From Candidatus Bathyarchaeota archaeon (GTDB taxonomy: Archaea; Thermoproteota; Bathyarchaeia; 40CM-2-53-6; RBG-13-38-9): a stretch of 64,000 bases of DNA. Shown here one piece after another: positions 39,947-49,929 of the stretch. The position numbers and the translations under genes are program-made. A model generated the notes under the pieces. The model was not told the DNA's origin. It ran no database searches and saw nothing but the letters and a program-made list of their open reading frames with translations. Position 1 is the first letter of the stretch. Every line of letters begins with the position of its first letter. The stretch lies in NCBI GenBank assembly GCA_963807605.1, contig CAWECG010000005.1, forward strand, positions 11,761-75,760, in the 5' to 3' direction.

Positions 39947-40912
39947 TCAAATCGTCTGTTTCTTTGACGAGCACGCTTTCGCAATGTCTTTCGTCCAGTT
40001 GATCGTACGTTTAATCGCATCTTCAGATGAGATCTTAGGTTTCCATCCAAGTTTCTTTATCCGCTCCAGATCAAGTTCAACTACTGGGTTATCACCAATC
40101 CAACCACGCGACCCGCCAACATATTTTCTCTTGACATCTTTCAGCCCCATTTCTGAGATAACTAGATCTGCAACTCTGTCAACAATAGTCTGCTCTTCCA
40201 TGCCAAGATTGAATGTATTGGCTTCATTCGAGGACTCCTGATAGCCGAGCATTATTCCATTTACGCAGTCGCTAACATACAGATACTCTTTGCTCTGCTT
40301 TCCATCGCCCAAGATCTCAAGTTTGTTTGGATCCTCGAGCAGCTTGTGGACAAGGTCCCAGACGACTCCCCTACGACATCTTTCACCAACAACATTAGCA
40401 AATCTGAAGGCCCATAATCTAATCTGCGAGAATTCTGTGTAAGCTTGAGCGTAGGCTTCACATGCCAATTTAGAGGCACCGTAGAGAGAGGTCTGAACAG
40501 GAGAATAATCTTCAGGCGTAGGTCTAATTGTCGCCTCGCCGTAAATTGCAGAACTCGATGCAAACACTAGATCGCTGACACTATTCTTGATCATCGCCTC
40601 GAGAATATTTATCGTTCCGATTAGATTGTTCTCTAAGTCAGACATATGATCAGATAGACTCTCTCTTATATTCGCGTGAGCAGCCATGTGGAAAACTACG
40701 TCATTTCCTGCGATGAGTTTCTCAATCTTTTCTGCGGCCCTGATATCGACATTGTGAATAGTCAAGCGAGGATTGCCTGAGTGTTGCGCTAGGTTTTCAT
40801 AACATCCACAAGTCATGTTATCCAGAACTGTAACTGAGAATCCATCATCGAGGAGTCGATCAACCAAGTGGCTTCCTATGAAGCCCGCGCCACCTGTAAC
40901 AATTGCCTTCAT
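39947..40912 (-). CDS. NAD-dependent epimerase (archaeal UDP-glucose 4-epimerase-like)
   Basis: GGAGFIGSH, YGASK, RFANVVG, ILGDG.Q.K.Y, GW.GD. Confidence 0.9.
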   Translation of the reverse strand: MKAIVTGGAGFIGSHLVDRLLDDGFSVTVLDNMTCGCYENLAQHSGNPRLTIHNVDIRAAEKIEKLIAGNDVVFHMAAHANIRESLSDHMSDLENNLIGTINILEAMIKNSVSDLVFASSSAIYGEATIRPTPEDYSPVQTSLYGASKLACEAYAQAYTEFSQIRLWAFRFANVVGERCRRGVVWDLVHKLLEDPNKLEILGDGKQSKEYLYVSDCVNGIMLGYQESSNEANTFNLGMEEQTIVDRVADLVISEMGLKDVKRKYVGGSRGWIGDNPVVELDLERIKKLGWKPKISSEDAIKRTINWTKDIAKACSSKKQTI

Positions 40913-40985
40913 AAAACCTCAGTATCCGCAGGCTAACATTATGATGACTGTATCCTAGAACATTTCTGTGAGCATGCAGGTGCAA

Positions 40986-41990
40986 TCAGACTAGCGATAC
41001 TACGCAGTTTTTTCTGGCAGAGTCGTACAAGGCGGATGCCAATTTCTGCGACTCTAAACCATCCAAACCGTTCCCCAACGGTTCCCGGTTTTCCTTTATC
41101 GCAGTTGTGAACTCCTTCCATTCCTCGAACCAGGATTTGTCCTCGCCACGAAATTCGATTTTTTCTTCTCTGAACGGTTCAACAAATGACCTTTTCCCGA
41201 GAACTATCTGCTCGACGCCGTAGCTTCCGCCAAGCCCCTTAACCTCGATATACCCCTCCTTTCCGAAGATCTCAAAGGAGAATAAGTTTCTCCATTGCGT
41301 CCAACTCACGTGAAAAGACGCCGTCTTTCCTGTCTTCGTGCGCAGTAGACCAAATGCATTGTCCTCGACTGGAGCTATGTCCCAGTATGCCGTACTAGTA
41401 AAGCATGCAGCCTGAGAGAAATCTCCAGCGAACCATCGGAGAAGATCCAATATATGAATACCTTGGTCCAGAAGCTCACCGCCCCCTGACAACTCACACT
41501 TCGCTCTCCATTCTTTGTCGTAGTCAGGTCGACCACACATTCCATACCTACAGCGAAGAAAGATGATGTCACCAACAAGTCCTTCGTTGACCCATTTTCT
41601 TGCTTGCTGTATGCTCGGGTGGTGGCGCAGTGTAAATCCACATTTGAGCTTTGACCCACTTCCGCTAGCCGCATCCACGATCGCCTTTGCCTCCTCCAGG
41701 TTTCTGGCTAGAGGTTTCTCGCAGAGGACATGTTTTCTCCTCTTCAGGGCTGCGATGCTTATCGGTGCATGAAGACTGTTGGGGGTACAGACAATTATTG
41801 CCTCCAAATCCTTCCTCGCGACAGCATCTTCCCAATTGTTCATCGCTTCGCATCCTACGTCATGAGCAAGATTTCTCGCCGCATCTAAGTCATTGTCAAC
41901 GACGACAACAAGTTCTGTCTCATAATGTGCCTTGACTGCTTGCGCTCGGCGCCTGCCTTGGCGGCCAGCACCAATCAACCCAACCTTCAT
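40986..41990 (-). CDS. Gfo/Idh/MocA oxidoreductase
   Basis: MKVGLIGAG, HVLCEKP, GGG.LLDQGIH..D. Confidence 0.9.
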   Translation of the reverse strand: MKVGLIGAGRQGRRRAQAVKAHYETELVVVVDNDLDAARNLAHDVGCEAMNNWEDAVARKDLEAIIVCTPNSLHAPISIAALKRRKHVLCEKPLARNLEEAKAIVDAASGSGSKLKCGFTLRHHPSIQQARKWVNEGLVGDIIFLRCRYGMCGRPDYDKEWRAKCELSGGGELLDQGIHILDLLRWFAGDFSQAACFTSTAYWDIAPVEDNAFGLLRTKTGKTASFHVSWTQWRNLFSFEIFGKEGYIEVKGLGGSYGVEQIVLGKRSFVEPFREEKIEFRGEDKSWFEEWKEFTTAIKENREPLGNGLDGLESQKLASALYDSARKNCVVSLV

Positions 41991-42078
41991 ATCATGATTT
42001 CCTTCCAACATATTGCTACAGTCATTCCGTTGTCTACGGAGCAATACCTGAAAACACGTACCCCTTATGAAAATGTTC

Positions 42079-42084
42079 TTATAA
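42079..42084 (+). promoter_or_regulatory. Candidate archaeal TATA box (TTATAA) in the divergent gap upstream of hddA
   Basis: TTATAA preceded by purine-rich GAAAA, about 42 bp before ATG 42126. Confidence 0.4.
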
Positions 42085-42125
42085 TTCCCGCCAGTGGTCT
42101 ATTGATTCGATCTTGCGTGTCTTGA

Positions 42126-44315
42126 ATGATAATTTCTAGGAGTCCTGTGCGGCTTCCCCTAGGAGGCGGTGGCACTGATCTCGCATCCTATTACTCCAAG
42201 TTCGGAGGGTTCTTCGTCAGTGCAGCTATAGACAAGCATAATTACCTAGCTGTAAAAGACAGATTCGAGAATGGCTTCAGGGTCAGCTACTCTACAACTG
42301 AGATCACAGACAACGTTGATAGCATTAAGCAGCCGTTAGTTAGGGAAGCACTGAAGTTACTCAACATCAATGATTCCTTAGAGATAGTCTCCATAGCCGA
42401 TGTTCCAGGCCGCTCCGGTTTGGGCGGCTCCAGCAGCTACACCGTGGGTGTCTTGAATGCATTGCATGCTTTCAAGAGAGAGAATGTTTCACGTCAAACA
42501 CTTGCCGAGGAAGCCTGCCACATAGAGATAGACTTACTAAAGGAGTCCATTGGAAAGCAGGATCAGTATGTTGCTTCCTTTGGTGGAATCAACTCCTATG
42601 AGATTGAAAGGGACGGCACTGTGAACGTGAGGCCTTTGGCCATCTCGTCTCACGGTACAGCTGAGCTAGAGAACAATCTCCTACTATTCTACACAGGGAT
42701 CAAGAGAGATGCCTCACAGATACTCGGACGCCAGAAACAAGATCAAGAGAAAGGCGACAAACGAGTCATTGACACTATGCATGAGATCAAGAGGATCGGG
42801 TACCAAGTCCGAGATTCTTTGGCAAACGGAGACATACGAAACTTCGGTGAGTTGCTCGACCTCCATTGGCGCACGAAGAAGAACCTGTCAGAGCAGATCA
42901 GCAATAGTCGTATTGACCAACTGTATGAACTCGCGATGCGGAACGGTGCCATAGGCGGAAAGGTTTGCTTTTCTCCTGAAACAATGATCAAGACAGAAGA
43001 CGGTTACAAGCCGGTCAAGGAGGTAAGGGAAGGGGATAGAGTTTGCGACCATCGAAACGTGGCTCAGCGTGTGTTGCGGGTCTTCAAGAGGCATCACAAA
43101 GGCGTAATGCTAGAGTTCACGGTCAAGGGGCTCGACAACAAGATCGGAGTCACGCCAGAGCATCCGATATTCACAACTATGAAGCATCCAGGGAATCAGC
43201 GCGAGGGCAGAAAGATCGTCAACCTGCCAATCTTCAGAGAAGCGAGAGACTTCCGGAAGGGAGATGTTTTTCTGATTCCGATTGACGATACCGCAGCTGA
43301 TTTGGAATACGTCGATTTCGAAACAGTCATCGAACCATCCAAATTCAGCAACAATGACATTTACGAGAACATTCCCAGGAAACTCAAGGTGGGATGGGAT
43401 TTGCTAAATTTGCTGGGCTGGTACATCGCTGAAGGATCCAGAAGCAGAAAAGAGTTCTTCCTGACATTGAATGGGAAGGAGATGCCTATCGCCGAGGAGA
43501 TCTTGGAGAATATCAGTCAATTATTCTCTAAAGAGGCAGTCATCGCGGCGGCCAACGGAGCTGCCAGCTCGATAATCGTTCGATGTTCCTCAATAGTTCT
43601 GAGCCAGTTCTTCGACGATTTGTGCGGTTCTGGGGCTACCAATAAGCATCTCCCGAACTTCGTTATGAAGCTACCACTTGAAAAGCAGTTCATTATGTTG
43701 CGGGCCTTGTGGCGAGGAGACGGGTGCCTGCGAACTGTGTTCGACAAAAGGTACGGTGGCAGATCTCCTGTTTGCAACTTCAAGACTGTTTCGTTCACGC
43801 TTGCCAAACAAGTTCAGCAGTTGTGTCTCAGACTGGGATATCTGTGTAGCATCAGAAGCGAGCAATCACGGGAATGTTACATAGCCAATAACAGGAAGCC
43901 CTCCAAAACGAGCATCATGTACAATGTGACCTTGCATGGTGACGATGCTGCCGCTTTCATCGAATCAATAAGCAGAGGTTCGCCCGTCCCAGTAAGCAGA
44001 AGCAACCAGAAGCATGTCTCCCAGAAGAAGGAGTTTGTTGAGATTGACGGAATAAGATACGCTAAACGGACCGTCTTGAAGATTGAGGAGAAGAATTACG
44101 AAGGCGACGTCTTTAACCTAGACGTAGAGAATAGTCATACGTACGTAGCCGAAGACGTGGCCGTGCACAATTGCGGCGCGGGGGGCGGGGGCTTCTTCAT
44201 GTTCTACGTTGAGAACAACAAGGAGAAGCTTCGTAATGTCATGGCGAGGGAAGGATTGAAAGAGTTAAGGTTCAGGTTTGACTTTGATGGGTCAAAGACC
44301 CTACTGAATCTGTAG
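42126..44315 (+). CDS. hddA: GHMP sugar kinase (D-glycero-alpha-D-manno-heptose-7-phosphate kinase, HddA-like) containing an intein
   Basis: SP.R...GGGGTD, P..SGLGGSS, GKQDQY...FGG and GGK..GAGGGG (split by the intein); 327 aa after splicing; next to gmhA and gmhB. Confidence 0.88.
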   Translation: MIISRSPVRLPLGGGGTDLASYYSKFGGFFVSAAIDKHNYLAVKDRFENGFRVSYSTTEITDNVDSIKQPLVREALKLLNINDSLEIVSIADVPGRSGLGGSSSYTVGVLNALHAFKRENVSRQTLAEEACHIEIDLLKESIGKQDQYVASFGGINSYEIERDGTVNVRPLAISSHGTAELENNLLLFYTGIKRDASQILGRQKQDQEKGDKRVIDTMHEIKRIGYQVRDSLANGDIRNFGELLDLHWRTKKNLSEQISNSRIDQLYELAMRNGAIGGKVCFSPETMIKTEDGYKPVKEVREGDRVCDHRNVAQRVLRVFKRHHKGVMLEFTVKGLDNKIGVTPEHPIFTTMKHPGNQREGRKIVNLPIFREARDFRKGDVFLIPIDDTAADLEYVDFETVIEPSKFSNNDIYENIPRKLKVGWDLLNLLGWYIAEGSRSRKEFFLTLNGKEMPIAEEILENISQLFSKEAVIAAANGAASSIIVRCSSIVLSQFFDDLCGSGATNKHLPNFVMKLPLEKQFIMLRALWRGDGCLRTVFDKRYGGRSPVCNFKTVSFTLAKQVQQLCLRLGYLCSIRSEQSRECYIANNRKPSKTSIMYNVTLHGDDAAAFIESISRGSPVPVSRSNQKHVSQKKEFVEIDGIRYAKRTVLKIEEKNYEGDVFNLDVENSHTYVAEDVAVHNCGAGGGGFFMFYVENNKEKLRNVMAREGLKELRFRFDFDGSKTLLNL
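42966..44171 (+). mobile_element. Intein (402 aa) with LAGLIDADG homing endonuclease
   Basis: Starts CFSPET, block B TPEHP, LAGLIDADG blocks LLGWYIAEGS and LRALWRGDG, ends VFNLDV...VAVHN followed by Cys+1. Confidence 0.95.
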
Positions 44316-44334
44316 ACTTTGGAGCTGTTATGGT

Positions 44335-44934
44335 TTGAGCAATGAAGCTTTTGTGAGGAGGTTCCTAGCTGAATTTGCTGAGGTCGCTGAGCGCTTCCCA
44401 GTAGACGACATAGACAAGGCCATCGAACTACTCTTTGACGCCTGGAAGAATGAAGGCAAGGTCTTCATAATAGGTAATGGCGGTTCAGCCTCTACAGCCA
44501 CCCACTTCGCCTGTGACCTCGCAAAGACCACCATTGTCGAGGGAAAGAAGCGATTCAAGGTCATCAGTCTAACAGATAATGTACCGCTGATCACAGCCCT
44601 GATGAATGATGAGGGCCCAGCAAGCATCTTCATAGAGCAGCTGAGAAACCTGCTGACAGAAGGCGACGTCGTCGTTGCGATCAGCGTCCACGGTGGGTCA
44701 GGTCAGGACAAGGCAGGCCCCTGGTCACAGAACCTACTCGCAGCACTACAATACGCGAAAGACAGCGGCGCGAGGACTATCGGTTTGGCGGGTTTCGACG
44801 GGGGCGCCTTCAAGAAGATGGCGGACGTCTGCATAGTCGTTCCGGCAGATTCGACACCATACGTTGAGTCCTGGCATGCAACCCTTGAGCACCTAATATC
44901 GAGCTGCCTTAAGGAGAAAATCCAGAAGACTTGA
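44335..44934 (+). CDS. gmhA: Phosphoheptose (sedoheptulose-7-P) isomerase, SIS domain
   Basis: GNGGSAS.A.HF..DL, TA..ND, GD....IS, GFDGG, E..H. Confidence 0.88.
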   Translation: MSNEAFVRRFLAEFAEVAERFPVDDIDKAIELLFDAWKNEGKVFIIGNGGSASTATHFACDLAKTTIVEGKKRFKVISLTDNVPLITALMNDEGPASIFIEQLRNLLTEGDVVVAISVHGGSGQDKAGPWSQNLLAALQYAKDSGARTIGLAGFDGGAFKKMADVCIVVPADSTPYVESWHATLEHLISSCLKEKIQKT

Positions 44935-45515
44935 ATCGAGGAGTCCTTCTCGACCGTGACGGTGTAATAAACGAGCTCGTCTATCTCCCCGAGCTGGGCA
45001 TAGTGGATTCACCGCTTAACCCAGAGCAGTTCAGGCTTCAGCCTGGCGCTGCCCAAGCCATCAAGACTCTTAATGATCTGGGTTTCAGGGTTGCTGTAGT
45101 CTCGAATCAGCCTGGGATCGCGAAAGGCAAGATGACCCTGAAACTCTTCGAGGAGATCACGCTGAAGATGAAGAGAGAACTGGAGCGTGAAGGAGCACAC
45201 TTGGACGCTGAATACTACTGCCTTCACCATCCAGACGCTGTCAAGGATGAGTACAGGGTCAACTGTGACTGCAGAAAACCCAAACCTGGACTCCTCCTAA
45301 AGGCCACATCCGAACTTAACCTGAACCCCTCAAGTTCATATGTGGTGGGCGACAACCTGACCGATATCAAAGCAGCCAAAGCTGCAGGGTACAACACTAT
45401 CCTAATTGGAACGATGAGATGCGATCTCTGTAGGATTATGGATGAAGAAGATGCCCACCCAGACTTTGTAGTTAACAGCTTAATCAAGGCGGTTGAGATA
45501 ATTCGCAGAAATTAA
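44931..45515 (+). CDS. gmhB: D,D-heptose-1,7-bisphosphate phosphatase (HAD IIIA)
   Basis: DRDGVIN, SNQPG, C.HHP, CDCRKPKPG, GD...D. Confidence 0.9.
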   Translation: MNRGVLLDRDGVINELVYLPELGIVDSPLNPEQFRLQPGAAQAIKTLNDLGFRVAVVSNQPGIAKGKMTLKLFEEITLKMKRELEREGAHLDAEYYCLHHPDAVKDEYRVNCDCRKPKPGLLLKATSELNLNPSSSYVVGDNLTDIKAAKAAGYNTILIGTMRCDLCRIMDEEDAHPDFVVNSLIKAVEIIRRN

Positions 45516-45556
45516 GTGTGCGTCGACGACAGATCACACCATGACTTGACTAGGCT

Positions 45557-46492
45557 ATGGACACCTTACACAGACGTAGTCACCGAGAGACCTCAATTCT
45601 TGTGACAGGTGCTGCCGGCTTCTTGGGCCAGCACCTTGTGGCGAGGCTCAGGCAGATGAGGCGTAGAGTTGTGGCTACGGATCTGCTGGCCGGCGGCAAG
45701 GTGATTCCTCTGGATTTACTAGACAAGGGCGTCGTAGATGAAGCCTTAAAGACGGCAGCGCCCGAGATTGTTGTGCATCTGGCTGCTAAGGTGAGCAATG
45801 ATGAGAGTCTTGAAAAGCCATACGACTTCTATGTCAACAATCTTTTAGGAACTCTAAATGTTTGTGACGCTGCGGCGCGCTGCGACGTGAAGAAGATCGT
45901 GTACCTTTCGAGCTCAGCGGTCTATGGGAACGTTGGAGACGCGGATCTTCCCATCACTGAAGAAACTACAGTCAACCCGATCACACCGTACGCTGCAGGC
46001 AAATTATGTGGGGAGATACTGGTTAAGGAATACGCAAGCCGGACAGACATGAAACCCGTGATATTTAGGCCAACAAACATCTACGGGCCGAAGCAGACAG
46101 AGATGAGCACGATTCAGAAGTTCATAGATAGCGCGATCAGGGGAGTGCCTATCGAACTTTATGGTGATGGAAGTCATACGCGAGAGTTCGTATTTGTTGA
46201 AGACGCCATTGACGCGATCATGGCAGCGATAGATGCTAATGAACTGAGCTTTGACAAGTTTGTCATATCCACCGGTGAGCCCATTAAATTGAGTAACCTC
46301 GCAAAAATGATCTCTGAAAAGGTTGGCGGCGCATCCGTGCGTTATGTAGAGGCTTCAAGGCCGATGTTATCTCAGAGATTTGACGTTTCAAGAGCGCAGA
46401 CATGCTTGAGGTGGAGACCGGGAGTGTCGCTGGAAGATGGGCTGGCTCGGACCATTGAATGGCGGAGAGAGATCTCACCTAGTCAAACATGA
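45557..46492 (+). CDS. NAD-dependent epimerase/dehydratase
   Basis: TGAAGFLG, HLAA, YAAGK, NIYGP, TREF. Confidence 0.88.
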   Translation: MDTLHRRSHRETSILVTGAAGFLGQHLVARLRQMRRRVVATDLLAGGKVIPLDLLDKGVVDEALKTAAPEIVVHLAAKVSNDESLEKPYDFYVNNLLGTLNVCDAAARCDVKKIVYLSSSAVYGNVGDADLPITEETTVNPITPYAAGKLCGEILVKEYASRTDMKPVIFRPTNIYGPKQTEMSTIQKFIDSAIRGVPIELYGDGSHTREFVFVEDAIDAIMAAIDANELSFDKFVISTGEPIKLSNLAKMISEKVGGASVRYVEASRPMLSQRFDVSRAQTCLRWRPGVSLEDGLARTIEWRREISPSQT

Positions 46493-46647
46493 GGATTCGC
46501 TTCCAGGATGCGCCGCCCGTTCGCCTCTCTCGAGGGAAATTTTTCGATCTCAACGATCTACACTTAAGCCACTCATTCTTGGCCATCTTGACGAGAGAAG
46601 CAAGTCGAGCACGTGTTGGAGTTACTGGGTCAATGGCGCCGGTCGTG

Positions 46648-47529
46648 CTATGTTCCAAATAGCTCCTGACGACTTCGGTACCCGGGCAGGACAGAAGGGC
46701 CTATCCTGTTGGGCCTCATCGAAGTATTCCATTTACCCTCTCCATCATATTTAGAGAGCGTGTTGGAATCGAGTATGAAAAACTGAGGATTCTCTTTGAA
46801 GTGGTCGTGGTGATAATTCCAGCCTCTCGCGCGGAGTTCCGGAGCGTATCGGGGTAGCCTCTCCCCGAAGACTCTGCGCAGGCCCTGCTCTGGTGATCTA
46901 AATCTGTAATGTCTCATTACGAATTTCTGAGGGTACACCTTTGCTTTGATCGAACTGGGGAATACTGGGTAGTGCCCTGCTGCCTCGCTGTCTGATACTT
47001 CTGGAGAGTATTTCCACGCCTTGTATCTGTAATCATCACTCCAGCTGTAATAGAGAAGCCTACTTCGAATATCAGGTTCACTCCTGAAAAAGGGAAGGTT
47101 CTTCAGAATACTAGGTTTGACGCTTTCGCGATCCTTCTCCGTAAGATAAAACTCGAAATTATCAAATTGGATAATGTTGAATCCACGTCTGTCCACTTCA
47201 GCTATCGCGTCAGACAGCTTCATTCCTGCGTCTTGTGCCTCGAGAAACTCGTCAGCGTCATTGCGCAAGATCCAATCAGGAGTGTACCTGCTAGCCATCT
47301 CATTCAGGCAAGCCAAGTCCAAATTCGGCCAACTGAAATCACGAACTATTACTCTGTGTTCCAGCAGCCCTCTATTCGCGTATCTCTTGGCAATCTCCAC
47401 CGAGCCGTCTTGGGAGCCCCCATCTACGATCACAAAAAAGATCCCTTGTTTGTGAAGGTGGTTAAGGACCTGGCCAAGAATATCGGCCTCATTGTAAACA
47501 CGCATCCCGGCGATTACGCGAACTGCCAA
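46648..47529 (-). CDS. GT2-like glycosyltransferase (Glyco_tranf_2_4 type)
   Basis: YNEAD, VDGGSQDGS, W....DADEF, HY..RS. Confidence 0.8.
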   Translation of the reverse strand: MAVRVIAGMRVYNEADILGQVLNHLHKQGIFFVIVDGGSQDGSVEIAKRYANRGLLEHRVIVRDFSWPNLDLACLNEMASRYTPDWILRNDADEFLEAQDAGMKLSDAIAEVDRRGFNIIQFDNFEFYLTEKDRESVKPSILKNLPFFRSEPDIRSRLLYYSWSDDYRYKAWKYSPEVSDSEAAGHYPVFPSSIKAKVYPQKFVMRHYRFRSPEQGLRRVFGERLPRYAPELRARGWNYHHDHFKENPQFFILDSNTLSKYDGEGKWNTSMRPNRIGPSVLPGYRSRQELFGT

Positions 47530-47874
47530 CGGCTATCCCTTAGTTATGTAACACGTGCTTTTCTATCTCTCTGCACGCAGCGTCATCTATCGATTCAATA
47601 AATCCTATGATGCCCCCATATACTCTGGGAAAAAATTGCACAAAAAAGCTTACTGACGACACCGCCCTTGATTCTACGTCACCATCCAACATCCAGCGAA
47701 CATTTTGTAAGCCATACTTAAGGCTCTCCATTGTAAGAGTTTTCAAACCTCTGTGTGAAATTAAGCAAACCGTATTCTAGAATCCGGAGGAACACCACAA
47801 TCCTTATCGGAATGATGAAATGTGACCTCTTCAGAATGATGAGAGAGGCGCATGCTTGGCAAAGGTGAATCATA

Positions 47875-48549
47875 ATGGAGATATTTCTAGACACCGCCAA
47901 CATCAATGAGATCAAAGATATTCTCCCTTGGGGCATTATCAGCGGAATAACGACCAACCAGAAGATCTTCTGCAACGAGAAGGGCTGCAACTTCAAGGGA
48001 CGCACACTCGAGATACTATCACTCTTCAACGGTCCTCTCAGCGTTGAACTGACGAAGACCGGCGGGACAGATAGGGACCTGATCGACGAAGCCGCAGCAT
48101 ACTCAAAATGGAACCCAAAGAATATCACGATTAAAGTACCCATGTTCAGCAACGGCAGAGGCCTCAAGATCGTCTCCCAACTTCACAAACGAAGAGTAAA
48201 GACTAACATGACCGCCCTCATGTCCACAAACCAGGTCATGTTGGCCGCCAAGGCAGGCGCCACCTACGCAAGCATATTCTACAACAGAGTCAAAGATGCG
48301 GGTGAAGATGCGGATCGGGTTGTCAGGGAATCGCGGGCTCTCCTTGACAGAATGAACACCAAAACCAAGATAATCGTCGGGAGCATCCGCAAACCCGAAG
48401 ATGTCACCCAAGCAGCAATAGCCGGCGCACACATAGTCACCATACCCTACAAGATCCTAGTGCAGATGCCCTTCCACAAGAAGACTGAGGAAACAATAGT
48501 TGAATTCGACCGAGCATGGCAAGAGTTCAAGCAGGCTGAAAAGAAGTAA
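47875..48549 (+). CDS. Transaldolase (TalC/FSA family)
   Basis: FLDTAN, G.TTN, Schiff-base IKVP, N.T, S.F..R..D, GS.R; the Glu in SVE and Phe in SIF favour transaldolase over FSA. Confidence 0.85.
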   Translation: MEIFLDTANINEIKDILPWGIISGITTNQKIFCNEKGCNFKGRTLEILSLFNGPLSVELTKTGGTDRDLIDEAAAYSKWNPKNITIKVPMFSNGRGLKIVSQLHKRRVKTNMTALMSTNQVMLAAKAGATYASIFYNRVKDAGEDADRVVRESRALLDRMNTKTKIIVGSIRKPEDVTQAAIAGAHIVTIPYKILVQMPFHKKTEETIVEFDRAWQEFKQAEKK

Positions 48550-48597
48550 TAGCCGCCATAAACTGTCCTGTGCCATCTCAATAGAAGGATTATAGGA

Positions 48598-49918
48598 AAT
48601 GCGCAGGAAAACCCACGGCTTTAGTCGTGGGATGAATTGCGTTTCAGAGTGAGATGCCAGATGTTTAAATTTTGTTCAAAACATGTATTTGTTGATGGTT
48701 GAGATGCTTCTAGCCTACAAGTACCGTATATACCCTAAGGTGGGGCAGGGAAGGCTGATGAAAAGCCACCTGTCCGCATTGTGTGAGCTATACAACACAC
48801 TTAGGGACCTGAAGATTGGTACTTGGAAACAGGAGCATGTCAGCCTGAGCAGAACCGACTTGAGGCTGAAGGCGCTAGGGCTTAGACGAGAAGACGAGAA
48901 TCTTCAGGGAATACATAGTCAGGTTGTCCAGAGCGTTGCTACAAGGCTTGCGGAGATCATTCAAGAACTACTTTGAGGGTAGAGCAAGATTTCCCAAAAA
49001 TAAACATCCAAAGAAGTATCTCTCTCTCACCTATCCACAATCAGGCTTCAAACTATGCAACAGTAAACTGTACCTCTCGGGGATAGGGGATGTCCGAATC
49101 TTCATGCATAGACTGGTGGAAGGTCAAGTCAAAACTTTGACTGTGAAGTACAATGCTGGACAGTGGTATGTGGTATTCGCCTGCAAAATTCCAGATCAGG
49201 AGAAGACCCCCATCGAGAAGATTCCTGATGGACGGATCAAAGGGGGAGACATAGGGCTGATTAAGTTCCTAACGCTTTCAGATGCAACCACAATGGAGCC
49301 ACCGAGATTTCTGAGAAAGTCTGAGGATAAGATCAAGAGGCTGCAGCGAGTAATGTCAAGAGCAAAGAAGGGTTCAAGAAATAGGAGAAAGCTGGCTTTG
49401 AGACTGGCAAAGCAACACCATCATGTAGCATGTCAGAGAGCTGATTACCAAAACAAGACGCTAGCAACGCTGTACAAAACCGCTGATATCCTATTCTTGG
49501 AAAGACTGGCTGTAGCTAACATGGTAAAGAACCACTGCCTAGCCAAGAGCCTCCAAGACGCTTCGCCCGGAAGGTTCTTCCGTAAGGCACAATTCAAAGC
49601 CAACCTACTCGGTAAATGGTTCATGCCGGTCGACCCATGGGGTACTACACAATTCTGCCACAACTGCCTATCATGGGTGGCGAAAGACCTGAGCGAGAGA
49701 GATCATATGTGTCCGAATTGCGGTGAGTCGATTCCAAGAGACGAGAATTCAGCTAAACTAATCAAGAAGATTGGTCTGTCAGGCTTCAAACCCGACTATG
49801 CCCACGGACGGTGGGTGAATACGCCCGTAGAGTCTAAGCCTCTGCCATCCCTAAGGGGAATGGTAAGCAAAGATGTTGAAGCGGGAAGCCCACGGCTTTA
49901 ACCGTGAGAGGATGTCAC
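48598..49918 (+). mobile_element. tnpB: IS200/IS605-family solo tnpB element (tnpB 48683-49901, +1 frameshift near 48951)
   Basis: Hairpin ends cccacggctttagtcgtggg and gcccacggctttaaccgtgag...gatgtcac; AYKYRIYP, D-E-D RuvC residues, Zn-finger CxxC...CxxC. Confidence 0.9.
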
Positions 49919-49929
49919 AGGCCCAAATC

